Positions 19,457-27,225 of a stretch of 64,000 nt of DNA are shown here, in pieces. The stretch comes from an uncultured Christensenellaceae bacterium (GTDB lineage: Bacteria; Bacillota; Clostridia; Christensenellales; DTU072). The notes beneath the pieces are model-generated. The model made no database searches and was not told where the DNA came from. It saw nothing but the letters and a program-made list of their open reading frames with translations. A program made the position numbers and the translations under genes. Position 1 is the first letter of the stretch; every line of letters starts with the position of its first letter. The stretch covers positions 28,071-92,070 of the forward strand of contig CAZTFQ010000006.1 in assembly GCA_964613035.1 (NCBI GenBank), given 5' to 3'.

Positions 19457-20551
19457 CTATTCTCCTATTAATTCCGAAAGATAAGCTTTTGTCAAAGCAT
19501 CAATAATAAATATATCATCGATACCTTTAATTATTCTGTAAGGTACGTTTTCGATTGCCGATTGAAGATACTCGGCGACGTCGAAGTAGGAAATTTTTCC
19601 GTCAAGATATTTTTCTACAAGCATTTCGTCGGCAGATACGAATACCGTGGAAAAAAACTCGTCTTTATCCGATATGGACTCCGCTATACTAAGCGCCGGG
19701 TACTTATTCCTATCGATAGGCTCGAAGCTGAGACGTCCGAGCTTAACGAGATCCAACGACTCGTAAGGCGTCCCCAGACGCTCGGGGTACGTCATGGCAT
19801 ATTGTATGGGTAATTCCATATTAGGGGTAGAAAGACTTGCCTTGATCGTACCGTCTTTCATTTCCACCATAGAATGCACGATGCTTTCTCTATGCATAAC
19901 AGGGACGACGTTCTTTATTCCGAAAAGTCGTTTGGCTTCTATTATTTCCAAACCCTTATTTACCATCGTGGCGCAATCGACGGTTACTTTACGTCCCATA
20001 TTCCAATTGGGATGTTTAAGCGCGTCTTTTCCCGTGGCGCGACTTATTTCATCAATATTTAAATCTCTGAAAGCTCCTCCGGAAGCCGTGATAATAAGTG
20101 ACTTGACGTTGTCGTACTCTTCCAAACACTGCCACATGGCGGAATGCTCCGAATCTACGGGTCGAATAGACGCTCCGGTCTCCTTTGCGAGAGCCTTGAG
20201 ATGCTCGCCGTAACAGACTATACTCTCCTTATTGGCGGTGGCGAGAATTTTTCCGGCTCTGATTACCGCCTCGGACGGACGAAGACCGTTGAGCCCTGCT
20301 ATACCGTTGACGACCAGGTCGATATCTCGATACGTATCGGGATCGGAAAGATAATTTTTATCCGACGCCGTAGAATAATTATAGACCTTTTTAGGAGAAT
20401 ATTTACGCTCGAGTTCATTAAGTCCTGCCAAATCTTTATCGTTGGCGATAAGAGCTAAGGAAAAAAACTCACGATTTCTGTCAAAAACCGTGAGAGTTTG
20501 CCTGCCTATAGAGCCTGTCGCGCCCAAAACGGCAATACGAAGTTTTTTCAC
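19457..20551 (-). CDS. dxr: 1-deoxy-D-xylulose 5-phosphate reductoisomerase
   Basis: KKLRIAVLGATGSIG N-terminus, DSEHSA, NKGLE. The likely GTG start at 20551 overlaps the cdsA stop; the ORF track starts at 20569. Confidence 0.92.
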   Translation of the reverse strand: MKKLRIAVLGATGSIGRQTLTVFDRNREFFSLALIANDKDLAGLNELERKYSPKKVYNYSTASDKNYLSDPDTYRDIDLVVNGIAGLNGLRPSEAVIRAGKILATANKESIVCYGEHLKALAKETGASIRPVDSEHSAMWQCLEEYDNVKSLIITASGGAFRDLNIDEISRATGKDALKHPNWNMGRKVTVDCATMVNKGLEIIEAKRLFGIKNVVPVMHRESIVHSMVEMKDGTIKASLSTPNMELPIQYAMTYPERLGTPYESLDLVKLGRLSFEPIDRNKYPALSIAESISDKDEFFSTVFVSADEMLVEKYLDGKISYFDVAEYLQSAIENVPYRIIKGIDDIFIIDALTKAYLSELIGE

Positions 20552-21456
20552 TACATTACCCCGAAACACATCGTCGATACAGGAATAAGGAACATCAACG
20601 CAAAAAGTATGCTGTCTATTCTGTCCATAAATCCGCCGTGAGCGCCTAAAAGATTGGAGTAGTCTTTCACTCCGAAGCGACGCTTGATAGAAGACGCCGC
20701 CAAATCGCCTATTTCCGAAACAAATCCGATTACGAAGCCGACGATAACGTAAATACCTATTATCCAGCCTCGCGCCCAGCCGTTATGTTCTACGAGTCCG
20801 GTTACGGTGAAGACTATGTGGGTCGGGAATTGCCATACTTCGAAAACCGCATATATGAGTAATGCTCCCGCAACGCCTCCGAATAACCCCGCGATACATC
20901 CCGACCAGGTTTTTTTAGGCGAAATATTGGGGAAAATTTTCGGTCCTTTTACCGTAGATCCGACGAAGTATGCGAAAGTATCCGCCATCAGAGACGTCCC
21001 TATCGCTACCAAAACGGGAAGGAATCCCATGCGATGATTGGATACGTATGCGATGGAAACTATCAATAAGGGGTACAGCAGGACGAAGATAGTCGAAATG
21101 AGATCTTCGAAAGAACGTTGATTTTTATCGAAAATAAATATCGTCATAGACAATATGAAGCCTATGACGGCGGTAATCATAACGCCCGCATAACCTCTGG
21201 TGTGAGTATATTTCTCGAGGAGAAATTGTATGGGATATATTATGACGATACAGACGATTACGGGAATCAAGAAGGGATTGTATTTCTTCTTCATTACGTA
21301 AAACATTTCAAGAGTGGCTATGGATACCATGATAAGCATCATCATATCGAAAGCTATGAATCCGTACGGCTCGAAACTCCCTACGTACAAGAGCGCAAGC
21401 ATTATACCTATTAAAATTACGGCAATAACCGTTCTTTTAAGAAAAGACTTAAACAT
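20551..21456 (-). CDS. cdsA: phosphatidate cytidylyltransferase
   Basis: 301-aa polytopic membrane protein with C-terminal signature SxxKRxxxxKDxxxxxxGHGGxxDRxDS (SSIKRRFGVKDYSNLLGAHGGFMDRIDS). Confidence 0.9.
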   Translation of the reverse strand: MFKSFLKRTVIAVILIGIMLALLYVGSFEPYGFIAFDMMMLIMVSIATLEMFYVMKKKYNPFLIPVIVCIVIIYPIQFLLEKYTHTRGYAGVMITAVIGFILSMTIFIFDKNQRSFEDLISTIFVLLYPLLIVSIAYVSNHRMGFLPVLVAIGTSLMADTFAYFVGSTVKGPKIFPNISPKKTWSGCIAGLFGGVAGALLIYAVFEVWQFPTHIVFTVTGLVEHNGWARGWIIGIYVIVGFVIGFVSEIGDLAASSIKRRFGVKDYSNLLGAHGGFMDRIDSILFALMFLIPVSTMCFGVM

Positions 21457-22148
21457 TATTCTTTACCAAACCTTCTTATCCTCTGCGAGAATATGTCTTC
21501 AATTTTGTCCAAATCGGTCCTCTCGAATTCCGGCCAGAGTTTATCCAAAAAAATCAATTCCGAATAGACGCTCTGGAGCGGCAAGAAATTGGAGAGTCTT
21601 TTTTCTCCGCCGTATCTTACCACCGCATCCGGATCAGGGAGATTGGCAGTGTATAATTTGTCCTTAATTTCGTCATAAGTAACAGGAGTGGGATCGTGAT
21701 ATACGAGTCTGTCCTGCAAAATGGAATTGACGGCTTGGGTAATCTCGTCCGTACCGCCGTAAGCGATACACACGACGAGTTCCATACCCTTGTTATTCTC
21801 ACATTTACGGGATATTCTAGAAGTAAGCGTCAAAAAAGGCTTGGAGAGCAAAGAATAATCTCCCGCTACTCTGAACCTTAACGAGTATTTGTCAATGAGG
21901 TCGAGGAGTCTTTTGTCCTCGAGACAATTGGACATAAGTCTAAAAATCCCGTCCACCTCTTTTGACGACCTAGAGAAATTTTCCGTGGAAAAAGCGTATA
22001 AAGTGAGACACTTATACCCTCTTATCGCACATTCTTCCGTTATTTCGGCAACTTTTTCCGCGCCTTTTTTATGTCCCGCCAGACGGTCTCCGAAGTTCTT
22101 CTTACCCCATCTGCCGTTACCGTCCATAATAACCGCAAGGTGATTCAC
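21456..22148 (-). CDS. uppS: isoprenyl transferase (undecaprenyl diphosphate synthase)
   Basis: HLAVIMDGNGRW and FSTENFSR motifs. Confidence 0.93.
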   Translation of the reverse strand: MNHLAVIMDGNGRWGKKNFGDRLAGHKKGAEKVAEITEECAIRGYKCLTLYAFSTENFSRSSKEVDGIFRLMSNCLEDKRLLDLIDKYSLRFRVAGDYSLLSKPFLTLTSRISRKCENNKGMELVVCIAYGGTDEITQAVNSILQDRLVYHDPTPVTYDEIKDKLYTANLPDPDAVVRYGGEKRLSNFLPLQSVYSELIFLDKLWPEFERTDLDKIEDIFSQRIRRFGKE

Positions 22149-22723
22149 TATACGCTCATTATCTCCTTTTCTTTTTCTGCGGAGATTTTTTCGATAGTCT
22201 CGATCTTGGATGCGACTATTTTTTCGATTTCTTTTTCATATGCGGAGAGGTCGTCTTCCGTAATTACGCTGTCTTTTTTATACTTTTTCAGAGTATCCAT
22301 TGCATCGCGACGGATGTTGCGGATAGCGACTTTCGCATTCTCGGAAAGAGTACGGACGTCCTTAGAGAGAGCTCTTCTTCTTTCTTCCGTAAGCTCGGGA
22401 AAAACAAGACGGATAACTTTGCCGTCGTTGTTGGGCATGATTCCGACGTTGGCGTCGATGATAGCCTTCTCTATAGTCTTGAGCAGAGACGCGTCCCACG
22501 GAGATACGACCAAAAGTCTCGCTTCAGGGGTAGTAATATTGGCTACCTGATTAAGGGGGGATTGTGTACCGTAGTAGTCAACGGTAATTTTATCCAAAAT
22601 TCTGGCGTTGGCTCTGCCAGCACGGAGTCCCGAGAGTTCGTTGCCGAGATTGGCGACGGTTTTTTCGAATCTTTCACCGGATTCCAAAAACAGCATTTCA
22701 ACTTCTTCTACGTTATAATTCAT
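22148..22723 (-). CDS. frr: ribosome recycling factor
   Basis: LRAGRANARILDKITVDYYG...LTEERRR. ATG 22723 is preceded by GGAGG. Confidence 0.95.
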   Translation of the reverse strand: MNYNVEEVEMLFLESGERFEKTVANLGNELSGLRAGRANARILDKITVDYYGTQSPLNQVANITTPEARLLVVSPWDASLLKTIEKAIIDANVGIMPNNDGKVIRLVFPELTEERRRALSKDVRTLSENAKVAIRNIRRDAMDTLKKYKKDSVITEDDLSAYEKEIEKIVASKIETIEKISAEKEKEIMSV

Positions 22724-22738
22724 ATGAACCTCCTCTAT

Positions 22739-23437
22739 TTATTTAATCACGGTACCGATTTTTTCACCGTTGACAGCCTTGACGATACCGTTATCTTCGG
22801 ATAAACCGAATGCAATAATTTTGATTTTGTTTTCTCCGCAGAGCGTTACGGCGGAGGCGTCCATAGCGGACAACCCTTGCTTAATGAAGTCGATATAAGA
22901 TATCTCGTCGTACTTCTTGGCATCGGGATTCTTTCTGGGGTCGGAATCGTAAATGCCGTCTATGTTCTTGGCGAGCAGCAATACTTCCGCTCCTATTTCA
23001 CACGCTTTAAGCGCGGCGCCCGTATCTGTCGTAAAATACGGATTGCCGGTACCGCACGCGAAAATGACGACGCGACCTTTTTCAAAATGGCGGATTGCTT
23101 TTCTTAAAATGAAAGGCTCCGCGACGCGCTGAATGGTAAGCGCGGTCTGCACTCTGGTGGGAACGCCGACTTTTTCCAAACAATCCTGAATGGCAAGGGC
23201 ATTGATTACGGTGGCGACCATGCCCATATGATCGGCGGTTGCTCTATCCATTGAAGGACGGGCTTGTCTTCCTCTCCAAAAATTACCGCCGCCTACGACG
23301 AGTCCTATCTCGGCACCCATATCGTGACAAGCTTTAATCTGCTCGCAGAGATGATCTATTTTATTGAAGTCAAGTCCCTGACCGGAAGCTTCTCCGAGAG
23401 CCTCTCCGCTGATTTTAATCAAAACGCGTTTATACAT
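22739..23437 (-). CDS. pyrH: UMP kinase
   Basis: YKRVLIKISGEAL...VVGGGNFWRG. Start placed at ATG 23437, 6 nt after GGAGAAGG. Confidence 0.95.
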   Translation of the reverse strand: MYKRVLIKISGEALGEASGQGLDFNKIDHLCEQIKACHDMGAEIGLVVGGGNFWRGRQARPSMDRATADHMGMVATVINALAIQDCLEKVGVPTRVQTALTIQRVAEPFILRKAIRHFEKGRVVIFACGTGNPYFTTDTGAALKACEIGAEVLLLAKNIDGIYDSDPRKNPDAKKYDEISYIDFIKQGLSAMDASAVTLCGENKIKIIAFGLSEDNGIVKAVNGEKIGTVIK

Positions 23438-23450
23438 AACCTTCTCCATA

Positions 23451-23480
23451 TAAAAAGGGCGCAAGATAAATCTGCGCCCC
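23451..23480 (-). terminator. rho-independent terminator after tsf
   Basis: Minus strand: GGGCGCA, 9-nt loop, TGCGCCC, then TTTTTAT. Confidence 0.75.
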
Positions 23481-23494
23481 TGAATACTTTTTAA

Positions 23495-24157
23495 TTATTT
23501 GCCCATTGCGGCGACTTTTTCGTTGATTTCGTCTGCGAAGGTGTCTGCTTTCTTCTCGAGTCCCTCGCCCATCTCGTAACGCACGAAGCGACGGACGGTG
23601 ATCTTTTCGCCAATCTGCGAAACGGTCTCGTTAAGAAGCTGAGATATCGTCTTGGAAGGATCTTTAACGAAGTCTTGCTCGAGCAAGCAGTGCTCTTTGT
23701 AGAAATTTTTGATTCTGCCTTCTACCATTCTCTCGATAATCTTCTCGGGCTTACCTTCGTTCTTAGCCTGGACGGTAAGAATTTCCTTTTCCTTGGCGAG
23801 AATTTCTTGAGGAACCTCGTCGGTGCTCACGTACTCGGGTTTAGCCGCGGCGATCTGGAGAGCTACGTCGTGGACGAATGCCTTGAACATATCTCCTCTT
23901 GCAACGAAGTCGGTCTCACAGTTGACTTCGAGAAGTACGCCGACCTTACCGCCGAGGTGGATATAGCTGTCTACAATACCCTCGGAAGCGATTCTGGACG
24001 CCTTTTTGGCAGCGGTGGCGAGACCTTTTTCTCTCAAAATCTCTACTGCTTTATCCATATTGCCGTCGGCTTCTTCGAGAGCGCGCTTGCAATCCATCAT
24101 ACCGGTATTGGTTCTTTGTCTCAATTCCATTACGTCTTTGCTAGTGAAATTTGCCAT
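23495..24157 (-). CDS. tsf: elongation factor Ts
   Basis: 220 aa. [37 protein letters not shown] (UBA-like N-terminus). Directly follows rpsB. Confidence 0.95.
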   Translation of the reverse strand: MANFTSKDVMELRQRTNTGMMDCKRALEEADGNMDKAVEILREKGLATAAKKASRIASEGIVDSYIHLGGKVGVLLEVNCETDFVARGDMFKAFVHDVALQIAAAKPEYVSTDEVPQEILAKEKEILTVQAKNEGKPEKIIERMVEGRIKNFYKEHCLLEQDFVKDPSKTISQLLNETVSQIGEKITVRRFVRYEMGEGLEKKADTFADEINEKVAAMGK

Positions 24158-24175
24158 TATCCTATATCTCCTTGA

Positions 24176-24934
24176 TTATTCTTCTACGGGAGCTTCTACT
24201 TCCGCGTTCTCTTCGACTTCTTCTACGGGAGCTTCTTCTACGTTGACCTGCACGCCTTCCTTTGCCTCTACTACAGCATTGGCGATGACGGACGCGATGA
24301 GCTTAATGGCTCTGATAGCGTCGTCGTTGCCGGGGATGACGTAATCGACGAGATCGGGGTCACAGTTGGTATCGACGAGAGCTACGATCGGAATACCGAG
24401 GGAACGAGCCTCTTGGACGGCGATATGCTCGACTTTAAGGTCTACTACGAAGAGTGCGCCGGGGAGAGTACGCATATTGCGGATACCTTCGAGGTTCTTC
24501 TTAAGAACGTCTCTCTCGGCTTTAAGCTTAATGACTTCTTTCTTGGGGAGAAGGTCGAATTCTCCGATAGCTTCCATCTGATCGAGCTTGTTGAGCTTGT
24601 CGATTCTGGTACGGATGGTCTGGAAGTTGGTCAAAGTACCGCCGAGCCATCTCTGGTTCATATAGAACATTCCGCAACGCTCCGCTTCGGACTGAATAGC
24701 TTCCTTAGCCTGCTTCTTCTTACCGACGAAAAGTATCGACTTACCGCTCTTGGCGATATCGTAGACGAATTTATACGCCTTCTCGATCTGTTGTACGGTG
24801 AGTTCGAGGTCGATGATATGGATATCGTTCCTCGCGTCGAAGATGTACTTCTTCATTTTGGGGTTCCATCTCTTAGTCTGGTGACCGAAATGGACGCCTG
24901 CTTCTAGCAATTGTTTCATGCTGATTACTGCCAT
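24176..24934 (-). CDS. rpsB: 30S ribosomal protein S2 with acidic C-terminal tail
   Basis: [27 protein letters not shown]. Start placed at ATG 24934 after AGGAGG. The tail reads [20 protein letters not shown]. Confidence 0.95.
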   Translation of the reverse strand: MAVISMKQLLEAGVHFGHQTKRWNPKMKKYIFDARNDIHIIDLELTVQQIEKAYKFVYDIAKSGKSILFVGKKKQAKEAIQSEAERCGMFYMNQRWLGGTLTNFQTIRTRIDKLNKLDQMEAIGEFDLLPKKEVIKLKAERDVLKKNLEGIRNMRTLPGALFVVDLKVEHIAVQEARSLGIPIVALVDTNCDPDLVDYVIPGNDDAIRAIKLIASVIANAVVEAKEGVQVNVEEAPVEEVEENAEVEAPVEE

Positions 24935-25042
24935 AGTGTTGTTACCTCCTTGTTTATTTTCCTCCCCGCGCATCTACGTCCTCGACCACCTATATATAGG
25001 CAACAGCCGAAAACTCCGCGTCGGGTGCGTTATGGCGTGATT

Positions 25043-25071
25043 ATAATAACATAAGATAATTAGATATGCAA
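25043..25071 (-). promoter_or_regulatory. candidate sigma-A promoter of rpsB-tsf
   Basis: Minus strand reads TTGCAT (25071-25066), 17 nt, TATTAT (25048-25043) with TG at -15/-14. Confidence 0.5.
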
Positions 25072-25176
25072 TCAAATTGAAGAAAAAAGTTATAATAGGT
25101 AAATATTATACATAAATATTTAATATAGATTCTATAATATAGGTCTACTCCTATTTTTTTATCATTCGAAGTCTTC

Positions 25177-25222
25177 TGCTCTGCCTCAACCTGCGCCCAA
25201 AATTTAGAACAAATTTTTTCGA
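25177..25222 (-). repeat. copy B of a duplicated segment (partner at 25601-25646)
   Basis: tgctctgcctcAacctgcgcccaaaaTt... versus tgctctgcctcCacctgcgcccaaaaCt...: 26 of the first 28 nt are identical, with weaker similarity over about 46 nt. Confidence 0.8.
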
Positions 25223-25401
25223 TCACCATTACAGGTCGATATAAAAGTTGGGATCATTAGATTGCCCGTCATGCCGGTCTGTCTCATGATGACAATTTTA
25301 AAAGCCCGTCGCACTTCGCTTTGCTCGTGGATGTCGCTGCGCTCAATGGCAGAATGACAGGTTTAAAGAAAGGATCGTCGCAGAATGAGAGGTTTTGCGC
25401 C

Positions 25402-26763
25402 CTATAGGCTGAAATCAAAGTCTGGGAAGATTTCGTTGGTTGCAGTTGCGAGGTCTTGTTCGACAGGCGTTTTTTGTTTGTTCATATGTTCACGATAGGC
25501 AGTGAAATCAAAACTGGTCACCTCACCTTTTTCGTCATAGGTGGCAAAGGAAGAACGAACAGACTGTGCCTGCACATCACTTTCCGCCGCCTGTTTACCC
25601 TGCTCTGCCTCCACCTGCGCCCAAAACTCAGGACATGCCTTTTCAACAGTTAAAAATGAATATTGATCAAAATCATTATTGTAGGTAACTATATATAATC
25701 TAATATCATCATTCATTTCTCGTTTTATAATATATTCAGGATGTTCGGAATTTGTGTCTGTTTCCCATGACGCAAGAACTGAAAAGTTAAAACCAATGCT
25801 TTCAATTGTCTGAATACTTGGATCCATTGAATATTTATTTTTATCAAAATACTCTTTGTGCCAATCTGCATTTTTATTAGTATATGAAAATAACAAACTA
25901 CAATGTTCGCTGTTGTTGATGCTGTCAATCAATGAAAAATAATCTCCAGAAAGGTCAAATCCATTGCCATTGCCAACTTCGCAAAATCCACTTATCTTTG
26001 AACAAATTTCAACTCCTGCAGTTGTTTCTGTTTGAATAAATTCTGCATCTATCAAAACCCGCCCAAAATCACTATATATTCCGTTAATTTTGTTTATCGT
26101 CAAATTGCTTGCAGTGTTTTGGAAATGATTGTTGTTTGTTATCGTCTCAGTGATTGAACTTGTTGTTTGATTTGCAACATACTCTTGTTCAAGTGCCTCA
26201 ACCTTTTCAAGTTTTTCTTGGGCCTCAGCAATTTCTTCAGCTGAGGCAGTTCCAGAGTTGATTATGTCTTTAAGTTCATTCTTTGTGTTGCCAATCGCTT
26301 CTGCAACTTGAGCGACTTGCTCACTTTGAGACAATTCTTCTTCACTCGTGAGAATGTTGTTGAGTTCTTCTGACATTCCCCCAAGTTCTTGCTTGATTTC
26401 CTCTTTTCGAGTTTCTTGTTGTTCTTGCTCTTGTTGAATTTCTTGTTGAATTTTTTCTGACTCAACAAACTTGTCCATCAACTCATCTTTTTCGTCGTCT
26501 GTCATGTCTTTATATTCATCGCTATTTATGATTTGGTCAAGTTTTTCATCAAAATCCTTTTTTTCATCGTCAGAAAGGTCTTTGTAGTGATCGTCGTCGC
26601 GCAGTTGAGCTTTCCTGGCGTCGTCTTTGGCTTGAGACGATATAAAAATGCCGTCGAAGAAGGTTTTGACCTGCGGTACGAGGCAATAGCAAGCTATCAA
26701 TGCTATTATGGCGATAATGATTAAAAGAAGAAATATCGTTATACCCTTAGATGATTTTGACAT
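25402..26763 (-). CDS. hypothetical membrane-anchored protein: N-terminal TM helix, acidic D/E/K/Q-rich coiled-coil-like region, unknown C-terminal domain
   Basis: 453-aa ORF. TM segment ITIFLLLIIIAIIALIACYCLV. Tandem motif YKDLSDDEKKDFDEKL / YKDMTDDEKDELMDKF, then QQEIQQEQEQQETRKEE. GAGGA RBS upstream. No family recognised; composition is mosaic (see findings). Confidence 0.6.
   Translation of the reverse strand: MSKSSKGITIFLLLIIIAIIALIACYCLVPQVKTFFDGIFISSQAKDDARKAQLRDDDHYKDLSDDEKKDFDEKLDQIINSDEYKDMTDDEKDELMDKFVESEKIQQEIQQEQEQQETRKEEIKQELGGMSEELNNILTSEEELSQSEQVAQVAEAIGNTKNELKDIINSGTASAEEIAEAQEKLEKVEALEQEYVANQTTSSITETITNNNHFQNTASNLTINKINGIYSDFGRVLIDAEFIQTETTAGVEICSKISGFCEVGNGNGFDLSGDYFSLIDSINNSEHCSLLFSYTNKNADWHKEYFDKNKYSMDPSIQTIESIGFNFSVLASWETDTNSEHPEYIIKREMNDDIRLYIVTYNNDFDQYSFLTVEKACPEFWAQVEAEQGKQAAESDVQAQSVRSSFATYDEKGEVTSFDFTAYREHMNKQKTPVEQDLATATNEIFPDFDFSL
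25601..25646 (-). repeat. copy A of the duplicated segment (inside the 453-aa ORF)
   Basis: See copy B. Encodes EKACPEFWAQVEAEQ. Confidence 0.8.
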
Positions 26764-26804
26764 AATTAATCCTCACGTTAAATGTTATTTATCAATATCG
26801 ATAA

Positions 26805-27221
26805 TCAAGAAAATCTATCGAGATATGCTTGGAGAATTAGAGTGGCGGCAATTTTGTCGACGACCTTCTTCCTATTGGCGCGGCGGACGCCGCCTTCTAT
26901 CAAGACTTTCTCAGCGATGACTGTCGTAAGACGCTCGTCCTGATATACTACGGGGAGTCCCGTGAGGGCGCGGAGTTTTTCTCCCCAGTCGTGAGAGAAT
27001 TCCGCTCGGGGACCTTCCGTGCCGTCCATATTGACGGGGAGACCGATGATTATCGTATCGCAAGCGTATTTTTTACAGGCGTCCGCGAGGTATTTAAGGT
27101 CCGCTTCCTCATTGTTTTTTTGTCGGACGTAAGTCTCTTGACCGTTGGCAATAATGCCCATAATATCGGAAGTGGCTATGCCTATACGGGCGTCGCCCAA
27201 GTCGAAAGCTATTTTTCTCAT
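26805..27221 (-). CDS. ruvX: Holliday junction resolvase-like nuclease RuvX/YqgF
   Basis: 138 aa. MRKIAFDLGDARIGIATSD...IIIGLPVNMDGTEGP...DERLTT. Confidence 0.9.
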   Translation of the reverse strand: MRKIAFDLGDARIGIATSDIMGIIANGQETYVRQKNNEEADLKYLADACKKYACDTIIIGLPVNMDGTEGPRAEFSHDWGEKLRALTGLPVVYQDERLTTVIAEKVLIEGGVRRANRKKVVDKIAATLILQAYLDRFS

Positions 27222-27225
27222 ATTA

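Larger units (their letters stand above)
25041..25229 (-). pseudogene. orphan fragment related to the 3' region of the upstream 453-aa gene
   Basis: The 62-aa ORF begins MVIEKICSKFWAQVEAEQ, paralleling VEKACPEFWAQVEAEQ of ORF 25402-26763. Its 3' half runs through the predicted rpsB promoter. No RBS seen. Confidence 0.5.

Noticed and set aside
25271-25357. 28-codon plus-strand ORF (MPVCLMMTILKARRTSLCSWMSLRSMAE) in the spacer of the foreign-composition locus.
   Set aside because: It has no SD sequence or promoter-like element and is very short. It coincides with the repeat-bearing spacer and is more likely non-coding.
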